Shown: positions 30,188-41,000 of the stretch, piece after piece | Layout of the letters: each line of letters begins with the position of its first letter | Position numbering within the stretch: the stretch's first letter is position 1 | Source: Pseudomonadota bacterium | GTDB lineage: Bacteria > Bdellovibrionota > FAC87 > UBA2466 | Direction of reading: 5' to 3' | Assembly: GCA_043767805.1 (NCBI GenBank) | Contig: JAYUGC010000036.1 | Coordinates: forward strand, 1 to 64,000 | Length of the DNA stretch: 64,000 bases | The notes under the pieces: model-generated | Seen by the model: the letters and a program-made list of their open reading frames with translations, nothing else | What the model was told of the DNA's origin: nothing | Databases searched by the model: none | Position numbers and translations under genes: made by a program

Positions 30188-30213
30188 AATCTAAACGGCA
30201 GGAGGGACCTTCC

Positions 30214-30987
30214 ATGATAGCTCGTCGCGTCGCTGGCTTTCGCTTTCTGGGTTTCGACATCGGGCTGGATCCGAGCTGGATCTTTCTGGCGTCGCTGGTC
30301 ACCTGGGCTTTGGCCATGGGGTTGTTTCCCTTCCACTATCCCGGCCTCGCCCCGAGAGCCTATTGGACCATGGGGGCCTTGGGCGCTCTTGGACTCGTCG
30401 CCTCCGTTTTGGTTCATGACATGAGCCGCGCCGCAATGGCCCGGCGGGAGGGAACTCTGATGCAGGGAATCACCTTGTCTCTGTTTGGAGGGCAAACGGA
30501 AGCTGACGCGGAGCCGCGTAATCCAAAGGCCGAGCTTTGTAGTGCTTTGGCGGGTCCGCTCGCGAGCTTGATTTTGATGGGGGCTACTTTTCTCATTCTC
30601 ATCTTGGCCCACGGCTTTGCTTGGTCCGCGGCGGTCATCGGCGTGCTTGGTTTCATTTGCGCCATCAATGCCGTGCTCGTTCTCTTTAACCTTTTGCCCG
30701 TGTTTCCCTTGGACGGCGGCCGGCTGGTGCGAGCGGGAATCTGGCAGTGGAAGAAGAACTTCGTCGAGGCCACTCGTCTGGCCACGCAAACGGGAGAAGG
30801 AGTCGGCTGGGCTTTCGTGATCGTCGGAGCTTTGGGATTTCTCCGAGGCAATCTCGTGGCGGGGCTGTGGTGGTGTCTCGTCGGGCTTTTTCTGCGGGGA
30901 ACGGCAAAGGCGGCCTTCCAACAAATTTTCTCCACTCCTGCCGACGTCCTTCCCCCTTACGAAGAATCCCACCGCAACGCCGCCTAA
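30214..30987 (+). CDS. Site-2 protease (M50) homolog with degenerate HExxH
   Basis: LFGG, AGP, FNLLPVFPLDGG present; HDMSR replaces HExxH. Confidence 0.8.
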   Translation: MIARRVAGFRFLGFDIGLDPSWIFLASLVTWALAMGLFPFHYPGLAPRAYWTMGALGALGLVASVLVHDMSRAAMARREGTLMQGITLSLFGGQTEADAEPRNPKAELCSALAGPLASLILMGATFLILILAHGFAWSAAVIGVLGFICAINAVLVLFNLLPVFPLDGGRLVRAGIWQWKKNFVEATRLATQTGEGVGWAFVIVGALGFLRGNLVAGLWWCLVGLFLRGTAKAAFQQIFSTPADVLPPYEESHRNAA

Positions 30988-31070
30988 AAAGGTGTCTGGA
31001 TACTTTTAGCTAAAACTGGGGTGGCAAATTTGATGCCGGTCTTGGCTAAAAGTATCCAGACACCTTTTTA
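30985..31070. repeat. REPIN-like inverted repeat, copy 1
   Basis: Perfect 26-bp arms taaaaaggtgtctggatacttttagc (30985-31010, 31045-31070), 34-nt spacer. Confidence 0.9.
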
Positions 31071-31088
31071 GTTCTTATACTTTGGCGG

Positions 31089-32864
31089 ATGGATAGCCAT
31101 GCTTTCTTGCTTAACCTTGCGGCGTTCTTGGGGACCGCGGTCATTGCCGTTCCTTTGTTTCAAAGAATAGGACTGGGATCGGTTCTGGGATTTCTCGCCG
31201 CCGGCTCCCTGCTCGGGCCTTGGGGCATTCGCCTCATTACCGACGTAAAAAGCATCTTGAGCTTCGCCGAGCTGGGCGTGGTGCTTCTGCTCTTCGTCAT
31301 CGGCCTGGAACTAAAGCCCAGCCGTCTCTGGGTGATGCGAAGAACCGTGTTCGGGTCGGGCGGCGCGCAGGTGGCGCTAACGACCCTCGTTCTCGCCGTC
31401 ATCGGGCATTTCCTCGGGCTTTCGCCTGCCGCGGCCTTCGTCGCGGGACTTGGCCTTTCGCTCTCTTCGACCGCGTTCGCTCTGCAAATCCTCTCTGAGC
31501 GGGGACAGCTCAATACGATTTCGGGACGTGTCTCTTTTGCGATTCTTCTCTTTCAAGACATGGCGGTCATCCCGCTCCTAGGTCTCATCCCGCTTCTCGG
31601 AGGCGCCGAAGCCGCCGTTTCCGCGACCAGCTTCGCCCTCGGCACGCTGAAAGTCGTCGCGGTGATAGCCGGCATCGGAGTGGGCGGAAGATTTCTTCTG
31701 CGGCCTCTCTTTCGCATGGTGGCCAAGACCCGCATGAAGGAAGTTTTCACCGCGGCGGCCCTTCTCGTCGTCGTCGGTACGGGTCTTCTGATGGAGGCAG
31801 TCGGCATGTCGATGGCGCTGGGCACCTTCCTTGCCGGCGTTCTCCTGGCTGATTCCGAGTTTCGCCACGAGATTGAGACCGACATCGATCCCTTCAAAGG
31901 TTTGCTCCTTGGCCTCTTCTTCATGGCCGTCGGGATGTCCGTCGATTACGGCTTGATTCTTAGCCAGCCGCTCACGGTATTTGGCTTGGTTCTGGGTTTC
32001 ATGGCGATAAAGATCGCCATCACTTATGGCCTTGGCCGGAGAACGGGCTTGAACCCGGAATCGGCTCGCAACCTGGCGTTCGTCCTTCCGCAGGGAGGCG
32101 AGTTCGCCTTCGTGCTTTTCGCGGTGGCGTCTCAAAGTGGCGTGATGCCGGTTCCGCTCGCTAACCTCCTCGTCGTGGTAGTGACTGTCTCGATGGCTTT
32201 GAGCCCCATTCTCTTCTCGGTGAACGAGACTTACTTTTGCTACCGCAAACAGAAGCAGGCGTCCGCTCCGTTCGACACTTTGCCGAGCGAAGCCAATCCC
32301 ATCATCATCGCGGGCTTCGGACGTGTCGGTCAGATCGTAGGCCGTCTGCTACGCGTGCAGGGCATCAAGTACACGGCGCTGGAACTTGATTCCGAACAAG
32401 TAGAGCTCGTGCGCCGCTTCGGCACCGAGATTTATTACGGCGATGCTTCCCGGCTCGATTTGCTGGAGATGGCCGGCGCGAAAACCGCGAAGGCGTTCGT
32501 CCTGGCCATCGATGACATCGAGTCCTCGGTAAAGACCGCGAAAGTGGTGCGGGAGCATTTTCCGCATTTGAAAATCTTCGCGCGTGCCCGCAACCGGGCC
32601 CACGTATACGAGCTGATGAACCTAGGGGTCACTCTTATCAGCCGTGAGACCTTCGGATCGAGTCTCGAGATGGCCCGCGATCTGCTCGTCGATCTGGGAG
32701 TCGAGACGAGTAAAGCCGAGCGCATGGTCGCCAAATTCCGCGACCACGACGAGAAGACTTTGCAAGGCCAATACGAGATTCACGGCGACGAGAAAAAGAT
32801 GATCGCGTTTAACCGCCAAGCCGTGGCGCAGCTGGCCGATCTGTTCCGCGCCGACCAAACTTAA
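31089..32864 (+). CDS. kefC: CPA2-family glutathione-gated K+ efflux protein (KefB/KefC)
   Basis: AELGVVLLLF, LLFQD, RHEIETDIDPFKG, TrkA-N domain IIAGFGRVG. Confidence 0.9.
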   Translation: MDSHAFLLNLAAFLGTAVIAVPLFQRIGLGSVLGFLAAGSLLGPWGIRLITDVKSILSFAELGVVLLLFVIGLELKPSRLWVMRRTVFGSGGAQVALTTLVLAVIGHFLGLSPAAAFVAGLGLSLSSTAFALQILSERGQLNTISGRVSFAILLFQDMAVIPLLGLIPLLGGAEAAVSATSFALGTLKVVAVIAGIGVGGRFLLRPLFRMVAKTRMKEVFTAAALLVVVGTGLLMEAVGMSMALGTFLAGVLLADSEFRHEIETDIDPFKGLLLGLFFMAVGMSVDYGLILSQPLTVFGLVLGFMAIKIAITYGLGRRTGLNPESARNLAFVLPQGGEFAFVLFAVASQSGVMPVPLANLLVVVVTVSMALSPILFSVNETYFCYRKQKQASAPFDTLPSEANPIIIAGFGRVGQIVGRLLRVQGIKYTALELDSEQVELVRRFGTEIYYGDASRLDLLEMAGAKTAKAFVLAIDDIESSVKTAKVVREHFPHLKIFARARNRAHVYELMNLGVTLISRETFGSSLEMARDLLVDLGVETSKAERMVAKFRDHDEKTLQGQYEIHGDEKKMIAFNRQAVAQLADLFRADQT

Positions 32865-33397
32865 GCCGCGCGCTCGTATCTCTCCTCGAAAGGCTCCTGG
32901 GTGACGCGAGCCTCTTGCTGGAAGAGATAAGGCGCCGTTCCCAAGACTCCTCCGTAAACGAGATGAGCCAGGAACCAGGCCGCGGGCATGAGCTCGAGCC
33001 GCGTGCTCATCACCGGATTTAGGGACGGCAAGAGAAGATAAGTCGCCGTGCCCCAGACCACGAGCGCCGAGGCCACGCTCAGTACCATGCACGCGCTTCG
33101 GGTGAGATCCGCCGGTAGAAAGTAGCCGTAGGCAGCCCCCAGTCCCGAGGAAATGGCGAGATGGATGAGCAGGCCGGTTATCCCAGTTCCGGCACCTCCA
33201 ATCAGCGCCTCGGTACCAAAAATAACGGCGGCGATTTGGTTGAGCGGAAACCAGAATCCCATCCCGGTGGCGGCCGAAAAAATCATGAGGAGGAGAATCA
33301 TTCCGAGGCCCGCGATGAGTCCCATCTTAGCGCTCGCTTGAACTCGATCTCGCTTTTCAAAAGGAGTCAGTAATTCGGGAGTCCAAAGTTTCGCCAT
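32861..33397 (-). CDS. Hypothetical 4-TM membrane protein
   Basis: Hydrophobic segments, conserved-looking His (IHL, AHLVYG). Confidence 0.7.
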   Translation of the reverse strand: MAKLWTPELLTPFEKRDRVQASAKMGLIAGLGMILLLMIFSAATGMGFWFPLNQIAAVIFGTEALIGGAGTGITGLLIHLAISSGLGAAYGYFLPADLTRSACMVLSVASALVVWGTATYLLLPSLNPVMSTRLELMPAAWFLAHLVYGGVLGTAPYLFQQEARVTQEPFEERYERAA

Positions 33398-33410
33398 ACG
33401 AGGTCTCCTT

Positions 33411-33974
33411 TCACTCAGCCTTCCGGCCGAGGAGGGTGAAAGTCAGATCCAAATGCTGGGCTAAAATGGGACGCATCCTGACGATGTGATTGCGGACATC
33501 CGACACGGGCAAGTTACCCACGGCATCGGTCAAGGTTTGCAGGGCTTCTTCGTTTTCCCCTTTGATGAGTTTCAAGAACTCTCCATCGAATTGATCGGTC
33601 GGCAGCTTACCCAGCTCCGTGATGAGCTCTTGATGGCGAAGGGAGTCCATTTTCTCGTGAGGAGCGACATCTTCGTTAGACACAGCCACTTTCATCTCGT
33701 CGGCAAGGTCGATGAGCATGCCATCCGCCAGACGATGGTCGCGCATCAAGCGATCGCCGTAAGCGCGTATCTCGGGGGTGGTCCCCTTTTGCTTGGCGAG
33801 CTCTCCCAAGCGTATTTCGTGGAGGTGAGTGCGGTGCACGGACGTCACTACCTGCGTCAAAGGCGGTCGCTTAACGCCGAGCTGGGCAGCGCCCTTGGTC
33901 GCAAGCAGCGCGGCCAACACTAATGCGACACCCACAGACCAGAAGTGATCGTTTCTGTTGCGGAAGGGCTTCAT
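33411..33974 (-). CDS. DUF4142 (ferritin-like) exported protein
   Basis: EIRLGELA, IRAYGDRLMRDH, FDGEF, PILAQHL. Confidence 0.75.
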   Translation of the reverse strand: MKPFRNRNDHFWSVGVALVLAALLATKGAAQLGVKRPPLTQVVTSVHRTHLHEIRLGELAKQKGTTPEIRAYGDRLMRDHRLADGMLIDLADEMKVAVSNEDVAPHEKMDSLRHQELITELGKLPTDQFDGEFLKLIKGENEEALQTLTDAVGNLPVSDVRNHIVRMRPILAQHLDLTFTLLGRKAE

Positions 33975-34010
33975 ACCCAATCTCCTTTGGGGATACCGAT
34001 GAAATCAGAT

Positions 34011-34026
34011 TGCAAAAGCCGTGCTA
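34011..34026 (-). promoter_or_regulatory. Putative sigma54-type promoter
   Basis: TAGCACGGCTTTTGCA (AG-N10-GC, one mismatch). Confidence 0.45.
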
Positions 34027-34328
34027 GCTTTTGTACCGGACCCGGCCGTTGTCTTATCCGAAGCGCGAGAGCCCGGCCGCGCCGTCAAAGAGCCGATGGG
34101 GTGACAGTCTTCCACGCAGTGCGCCCCCATTCGAAACGACCTTACGGATTTCCATTCCGAGCACGCGCAGTCTATCCAAAGTCGCGACGTCGAATACCTT
34201 CGCTCGCTCCCTCACTGTCTTTTGCCATCCCGGCGGCACGGGAAGCTCGTCTTCTGGGTGACCTTCAGTGGAAGCGAGGCTAAGCGAGCCTGCATTTGCC
34301 CTGTCCCCGGGACGCGACGCCGTCGCTT

Positions 34329-34814
34329 TTAGGTGCCCGTTCTGAGGTCAATCTTTTCGTTGTGGGTACCACCGAACTTACCCGTGATGGCGGCCTTGGC
34401 CATTTCCAGATAGAACCGCGGTCCCGTGGGGCCTTCCCAGTACTCAGCGCCCTCGACGTCAAACTTAATGAGCGAGAGATGCGGATCGTCGACCCCTTCC
34501 GGGAACCACGCCTTGTAGCTCGGCTTCCAGAGCTCTTGGATTTTGGCTTTGTCCTTCACGACTTCCCCCGTGCCATAGGCGGCGACGAAGCGGTTGCTGT
34601 CGGGATCGGCGTAAGTGACGTTGATGTCGCGGTTCTCGTAGAGCTCGTACACCTTCGCCGAATTATCGCTCGTGAAAAACCAAAGCGTTCCTTCGAATTC
34701 CACCTGCTGAGTCGCCATGGGACGGCTGTGGAGCTTTCCTTGAGAGGTAACGGTGGTGAGCATCGCCATGGGAATACCTTTGATGAGGCTGCCTAGTTTC
34801 GCCTTCTGGTCCAT
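34329..34814 (-). CDS. General stress protein, pyridoxamine 5'-phosphate oxidase-like fold
   Basis: AMLTT, LHSRPM, LWFFT, AWFPEGVDDP, AEYW. Confidence 0.88.
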   Translation of the reverse strand: MDQKAKLGSLIKGIPMAMLTTVTSQGKLHSRPMATQQVEFEGTLWFFTSDNSAKVYELYENRDINVTYADPDSNRFVAAYGTGEVVKDKAKIQELWKPSYKAWFPEGVDDPHLSLIKFDVEGAEYWEGPTGPRFYLEMAKAAITGKFGGTHNEKIDLRTGT

Positions 34815-34839
34815 AGGACCTCCTTTCTTAGCCTCTACT

Positions 34840-34855
34840 TACAAATTGCGGGCCA
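34840..34855 (-). promoter_or_regulatory. Putative sigma54-type promoter
   Basis: TGGCCCGCAATTTGTA (GG-N10-GT, one mismatch). Confidence 0.4.
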
Positions 34856-34874
34856 TAGTCAGGTGGCGCTTAAG

Positions 34875-35492
34875 CTACTCAGCCTTCTTCTCGAAATAGC
34901 GGAGATCGACAAAGAGCGAAGCGGCCAGAACCAGGAAACGCTCTTCGGGGCTCAAAGACGCGGATTGAAACTGAATGCGAAACTGATCCGCGTCGGTAAA
35001 CACCTCGGTTAATAGACCCGACCATCGTTTCTGTAAGAGAGCGACTTCCATGCCGTTCTTCTGGAACGCGAACGTCCAGGGACTCCAGAGCGGAGAGCGG
35101 ACGCGAAGGAGCTCTCGTCCCGAAGAATCGAGGACGTCGAAGCACTTGCTGAAAAACGCGAACCGCTGCTCGAGCGCGCCCACCTCCTTTCCTTCCTCGG
35201 TGACTATCTCCAGCCGCTGAAAGAAAAGCCGGAAAGGATGGTTCACCCGAAAAATGGGCCGCTTATCTCTATCGAAAATCACGATGTTGAACCGGCGCCA
35301 GTGACCGAACCATTGTCTGAAAAAGAAACCGAGAATCCCTTTCTGCTGCTCGGCCGCAAAGCCGATGCTTTCACCGGACTCGAGCCGAAGCTCGTACTTA
35401 TTGCGCGTTTCGTAGCCGAAGAGCTCCGGTAGCTCCCGTCTTTGGATGACGTAAAGCACTTTTTCCCGGCCAATGGCGTCTAACAAACTCAT
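34875..35492 (-). CDS. Phospholipid scramblase/LURP-one-like protein
   Basis: GYETRNKY, KRWSGLLTEVFTDADQF, VDLRYFE; ATGA overlap with upstream gene. Confidence 0.8.
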   Translation of the reverse strand: MSLLDAIGREKVLYVIQRRELPELFGYETRNKYELRLESGESIGFAAEQQKGILGFFFRQWFGHWRRFNIVIFDRDKRPIFRVNHPFRLFFQRLEIVTEEGKEVGALEQRFAFFSKCFDVLDSSGRELLRVRSPLWSPWTFAFQKNGMEVALLQKRWSGLLTEVFTDADQFRIQFQSASLSPEERFLVLAASLFVDLRYFEKKAE

Positions 35493-36475
35493 TTGAGCAC
35501 GCGGTTCCCCAAGGCGGGAAACACCTTTCCAATTTTTCTCATTAGGTACTCTCCATACGTTCCCTGAAACGCATGGACGCTTTCCCGATCCCACCGCTCG
35601 TCCCGATCGTCTCTGGCGGGCGGCTGGCTCGCGAGCTCGATGGGTCTCACGTCGGCTTTGAAATTCGGATCGAAGAAAAAAGGAAACGAAAGGCGATCTT
35701 TGCCGGAAACATTGCGAACCAGGTGCGGCGTCGAGCGGTAAAGCCCACCCGTCATGCGATCGAGCATGTCGCCCAAGTTGCAGACGAAGGTTCCCGGAAT
35801 GGGCGGCGCAGAGAGCCACCCATTCGGAGTTTTGATTTCGAGACCGCCGCAGTCGTCCTGCTTCAAGATCGTGAGGATTCCGTAATCGGTATGTTCGCCC
35901 ACGCCCCAATCCGGAGAGTTCTTCGGCAAGGGCGGATAATGGAAGAGACGAAAGAGAATCAGAGGGTCCGCCGTATAGCGCGCGTGAAAGTAATCGGGAG
36001 TAAGTCCGAGCGCGAGGGCGATACCCTCCATCAGCGTGTGCCCGAGCCGAGTCATCGCTTTCAAATAATCGAGGACCACGGTGCGGAGCTCGGGCAAGTC
36101 TTTGGGGAAAAGGTTCGGGCCGTGAAGCGGTAGGCCTGGCTTTCCTTCGCTTCCGAAGTAAATGCCCTCTTTCCGATCGGGTTTGCCGGAGGTGAGCTCT
36201 CCTCCCAAAGGAAAATAGCCGCGCCACGCGGATCCGCCCCGGCTCATCTCCATCTCACGCTTCGCGCTCTCCGGTTTCGAGAAGAACTCGCGGCTCAAAG
36301 CCTCGAGCCGCGCTTGCAGCCCCTCATCCACGCCGTGATTTTTCACGTAAAAGAAGCCGGATGCCCGGCAGGCTTGGTCGATTTCCCGGGCGAGCGCGTC
36401 GCGGCGAGCGGACTTGTCTCTCAAGGGCCCGACGTCGAGCACGGGCAGGGAAGCGGGGAAAGCTGGCTCGTCCAT
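35489..36475 (-). CDS. 2OG-Fe(II) dioxygenase, isopenicillin N synthase family
   Basis: GFFYVKNHG, HTDYG, NLGDML, STPH, RLS. Confidence 0.92.
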   Translation of the reverse strand: MDEPAFPASLPVLDVGPLRDKSARRDALAREIDQACRASGFFYVKNHGVDEGLQARLEALSREFFSKPESAKREMEMSRGGSAWRGYFPLGGELTSGKPDRKEGIYFGSEGKPGLPLHGPNLFPKDLPELRTVVLDYLKAMTRLGHTLMEGIALALGLTPDYFHARYTADPLILFRLFHYPPLPKNSPDWGVGEHTDYGILTILKQDDCGGLEIKTPNGWLSAPPIPGTFVCNLGDMLDRMTGGLYRSTPHLVRNVSGKDRLSFPFFFDPNFKADVRPIELASQPPARDDRDERWDRESVHAFQGTYGEYLMRKIGKVFPALGNRVLK

Positions 36476-36699
36476 GGGAGTAAGGTAATCCCCCCAATGA
36501 ACCTAAGTCCACTTTCCCCTTAGCCTAGGGTAAAATTAAGACTAGGCCATAATCTCTTCTCTCCCCGCGACTCGCTGGTAACAGGTGATAAAGAACACTG
36601 CGTTCGAATCGATCCTCAGGCCTGAACTTCTTTACGGTAGATAGAGAGCATTCCCCGCGCCCAGCCAATCCAGTCACGACACAAAAACAGGGAGATCCC

Positions 36700-38082
36700 A
36701 TGAGACCGAGCCTAATGATTGCGGTACTCGCGAGCGTCATGAATTTGACGGCGATGGCCGCGAAGCCAAAATTGACCGCCGAAGTTTTGAGCCGCGTGCC
36801 CGAGAAATACAATATCAACGCCAAGAAGAACCGGGCGGCGAAGGAAGAGCTCGAAGATCTCATCGAAAGCTGCGGATCGGGCGTGGTCGAAGGGGCGGTC
36901 TCCCGTACGGGCGAGGCGCTCACCAACCGTTGCAGCTTCCAAGTTAAGCTCGACGAGCTTTTCTTCCGGCCTACCGCCGAAAAGACGGGTCTTTTGCCCG
37001 ATAGGGATTGGGCTTATCAAGACGGCGTGACCTTTTTCGAGCCCAAGGTAAATGTCGCGGAACTTCCCGATAGCTTCGACTTGCGGGACTTGATGAAAAA
37101 CGGCCAGCCCGAGATCCGCACCCAAAATTGCGGCGACTGCTGGGCGTGGGCCACTCACCACGGCCTGGAAATCGCGCGCGCCGTCCACGATCAAAAGGCG
37201 CTCGATCTTTCCATTCAGACCGTGCTCTCTTGCTCGAAGCAAGGATCCTGCGGCGGTGGTTACATGAGCGCGGTCGATTTCCTCGCGCACGGCTTGCCCT
37301 TCGAGGCGGATTTCCCCTACGCCGGCACGGATAAGACGTGCAAGTTCTCGTCGAGCGACATCACCAAAGGCTGGGAAGGCAAAACCATCGGCACGCCTTT
37401 CATCGGGGATTCGCTCGCCCATTCGCGCGCGAAGCAAAAGCACGACGGTAGCTACCGTGAAGGCAGTAAAGTGCAGCAGATGATGGCCGCCATGTACCAG
37501 TGGAAATCGCCGCTGGTGGTGACGGTCGCGGCTTACTCCATCTCGGGCCCCGGCATCTACAACTCCTGCAGCTCGATCAACTCGGGCGGTAACCACATGG
37601 TCACCATCGTGGGCTGGGATACGGTCGGCGGAAAACGCATCGCGAAAGTCTGGAACTCCTGGGGCAAAATCCACGGCGAGAACGGCGTTTCCAAGATCCA
37701 ATGGGAATGCGGCGACGGAAAGTTGAACCGCGGGCTCGGCGTCGAAGCGAAAATCGTGCAGTACAAGCCGCCTTGCACGCCGCCGGACGCGAGTCAAAGC
37801 TCCATGAAGGAAATGGTAAAGGGTGGAACCGTGCAAGTCGGCGCGGCCCAGCCCGCGGGCTCGAAGTGCTCATGGACGCCTACCGCGGGTCTCGCCGATC
37901 CGACGGCTTGCGTGACGCAAGCGAGTCCTGGCATGTCGACGGAGTATCACCTTTCCGTGGAGAACGACTGCGGCAAGAGCTCGAGCATGACCCTCGTTTA
38001 CGTCTGGGGCATGCTCCGGGATACGGCGAACCGGCGCGATATGGTCCACACTCCGTTCGGAGACGTGCCTTACAGGCCTTGA
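36700..38082 (+). CDS. Secreted papain-like (C1A) cysteine protease with C-terminal extension
   Basis: LPDSFDLR, QNCGDCWAW, CGGG, NHMVTIVGW, NSWG. Confidence 0.88.
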   Translation: MRPSLMIAVLASVMNLTAMAAKPKLTAEVLSRVPEKYNINAKKNRAAKEELEDLIESCGSGVVEGAVSRTGEALTNRCSFQVKLDELFFRPTAEKTGLLPDRDWAYQDGVTFFEPKVNVAELPDSFDLRDLMKNGQPEIRTQNCGDCWAWATHHGLEIARAVHDQKALDLSIQTVLSCSKQGSCGGGYMSAVDFLAHGLPFEADFPYAGTDKTCKFSSSDITKGWEGKTIGTPFIGDSLAHSRAKQKHDGSYREGSKVQQMMAAMYQWKSPLVVTVAAYSISGPGIYNSCSSINSGGNHMVTIVGWDTVGGKRIAKVWNSWGKIHGENGVSKIQWECGDGKLNRGLGVEAKIVQYKPPCTPPDASQSSMKEMVKGGTVQVGAAQPAGSKCSWTPTAGLADPTACVTQASPGMSTEYHLSVENDCGKSSSMTLVYVWGMLRDTANRRDMVHTPFGDVPYRP

Positions 38083-41000
38083 TTACTCGGCGGTCGCGGG
38101 AACCGTTTCTTTTTGCTGCTGGGCCGACTCACGCGCGGTTTTGGTCGCGCGCTCGGCGTCTGCCCATTGGCCTAGCTTCAAGTAGGATTCTGCGAGCTTG
38201 CGGTTCGCTTCCGTGTCCAGCTTGTGCGCGTTTTGGTACGCCTGATAGAAGGGTGCGGCTGACGCGTACTCGGCGCGCTGGAAGTAGTAATCTCCGACGA
38301 GCTTATTGAAGTAGTCCCCGCACGCGTTCGTATAGCCGGGAACGTCCGCTAGCATTCTCGCCATGCGGGGCGCGACGGCAGCAAAGCGCCCAAGCTTCTG
38401 CTCGGCGCCGGTTTGGTAGCAATCCGTGATTTTGTCGGCGAGCTTGCGGTTCGAGCCGACCAAAGCAAGTACGCGGTTCGGCTCGCCCAGCTCCGTCCAC
38501 GAGGAGAGCAGGAGATTTAAATGCGCCGGGCTCGGCGCGCCTTTCATCGCTTTCACTAAGGCGTCTCGGGCCGCTCCGTATTTCTGCGCTTTCAGATAGA
38601 GATAGCCGAGCCGGCCTTGGCGAATGGGGCTCTCGTCGCTTGTCGCGACGTAAGACTCGAGAAGGCGCGCGAACTTCGCGGGCTGATTGCTTTCATTGAG
38701 CGAGACGAGAACATCATAGGCCGGATCTTCTTGCCCTTCGACGAGCTTTACGGCGGCAGGCTCGTAATGCGTGGTCAAGAAAGTCTGGGGTGACTCGGAA
38801 TCGGGAACGCCGTCGTAGAAGAGCCGGCTTTGCCGGGTTTCCGCATAGGCGTTGCGATCGGTGTTCCACGACGAGCCTTCGGAAACTTTCAGGGCCGCGT
38901 CCCGGCTCATGACGAAGTGAGCAAGCAAGCTTCCGACCGAGCGGAAGGGCACGCCGGAGAGCTTCTGCGAGAAACGAGTCTGCCGAGCCAGGCGATTGAC
39001 CTCGGTGACGTTGAATTTCAGCGGTCGATTCGAGCCGATGAGAATCATCTCTTGATCGTTTTCTCCGCTAAACACCGCGCCTTGAGGGAAGACGCCGTAG
39101 AAAGTCTTCAAGATGCTGCGAAGAGTGACCGTGTCCATGTTGTAGAGGTTCAGCCACTGCGAGTAGATGCCGTTCGGGGCAAGGTTGCCCTGCACGATCT
39201 CGAAAAACTCCTTCGTGAACAGATTCGCCGCGCCCGCGAGCCACGACTGCGACGGCTGAGAGACGATGATGTCCCACGGCGCTCCAGCTTTGGTGGCCAG
39301 CACGTAGCGCGCATCCTCTACGGAGAGATCCAGGTTTCTGCGCTTTAAGATCGGGTTGTTTCCGCCGTGGGCTTTCTTGGAGGCTTCGAGGATGGCGTTC
39401 TCGAGCTCCACGACCCGGACTTTGGCGAGGGGCAAGGACGTCAGTAAGTCGACCGTGAAACCGCCGCCGTAGCCGACGACGAAAGCCCGCTTCGGGCTTT
39501 CGCTCAAAGTGTAAGGAAGGATGCCGAGCAAGGCTTCGTAGCGGGGCAATTCGTTGAGGTTTCCGATGTGATAAATCGATTCGTTCAAGCCGTTTGTTTT
39601 GAGGCGCAAATAGTTGCGGTACGACTCGCCGTCTTTCGGATCGTGGGTGAGTGTGATGAGGCTCGTCTCGCCTTCTTTGATCCACACGAACTGTTCATAG
39701 TTGGACGCGAACGTTCTGAGCGTTTGGGTGAGCGTCGCCCCGCCTTCGATGCGCTGGGAGTAAGCGGACTTCACGATGTTCGAGAAATCGACTTTGATGA
39801 CGAGAATGAGAGCTAAAGCGGGAAGGGCGGCAAGGGTCCAGCGCGCCGGCTTCGGGCTCCACATCCAGAGAGCGAGCACCACTCCGCCCAGCAGGAGCGC
39901 CGAGGCGAGTTGAATGGTGAGGGAAGAGCCGAAGGCCGGCACGAGCACCACGCCCGCGAGATAGGAGCCGACGATCGCGCCCAGAGTATTTGCGCTATAC
40001 GCCCACGAGACCGAGCGAGAAGCGGCCGGACCGTCTTCCGAAAGTAACTTCACCGTAAGCGGAAAAAGCGCGCCGAAGCAAATCGTCGCGGGAAGCAGCG
40101 CGATGGTGCTGAACAAGCACTTTAAACCCAGTAGCGACATGCCGGTCGCCGATCCCCGGCTCAAATAGTAGCCCGCGAGATGAGTCATGAGCGGCAAGCC
40201 GTTCAGCCAGGCGGTCGCAAGCGTCGTGAACGCGGCGGCGCCGGCGAGCAGACCGATAAGCCAAGCAGTACGATTTTGCGAGCGCAAAAGCCAGTAGCGG
40301 CAAGCCCACGCGCCGAGCGCGAGACCAAAAAGATACGTCGATAAAACGAGGCCCAAGCCGTAGACGTTATTACCGAGATAAATGCCGAGGTACTTGTTCC
40401 AAACCACTTCCGCGACGAGGGAGCTGAAACCGCAAAGGGTGGTGAGACCGACGAGTACCCAAGAGCGCCGGGCTATGCGGCCCCCGAACACGGGCTCCGC
40501 CGGTGGCGCGGGAGCAAAGCGCGCGGGCGCGAAAAACGCGGCGCCGGCGATGAGAAAGTTCACGAGAGCCGCGGTGAGGTTCGCGCCGATGACTCCGAAG
40601 CGCGGCAAAAGAAGAAAGCTCGCGCCGAGCGCGCCCGCGACGGCGCCGAAGGTGTTGATCGCGTACCAATGGCTGACGCCGTCCCGGGAGCCCGAGCGCA
40701 GAGTCGGTAGCGCGCGCACTAATATGGGAAGCGTTGCTCCCATGGCGACCGTCGCCGGAGTCAGGAGAAGGGCGACGACGAAAAATTTAATGGGGTGACT
40801 GAGCCACGCGGCGTTTCCCTCGGCGGGAAGCCAGGCGAGGATTTGCGAAAAGTGCAGAAGCGGAAAGAGCACGAGCGCGCCGTAGAGACCGAGGGCGCCT
40901 TCCACCATTCCATACAAGCGAAGCGGCGGAATTTTGCCGCGGTACCGGCCGGCCCAAAAACTTCCCGCCGATAAGCCGAGAAAGAAAAGCGCGAGCACGA

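Noticed and set aside
30118..30972. Apparent 630-aa GT2 fusion
   Set aside because: The extension is antisense to the M50 gene; GT2 starts at about 30117
35493..36227. Long N-terminal extension of the scramblase ORF
   Set aside because: Out-of-frame overlap with the dioxygenase; the ATGA-coupled start at 35492 fits better
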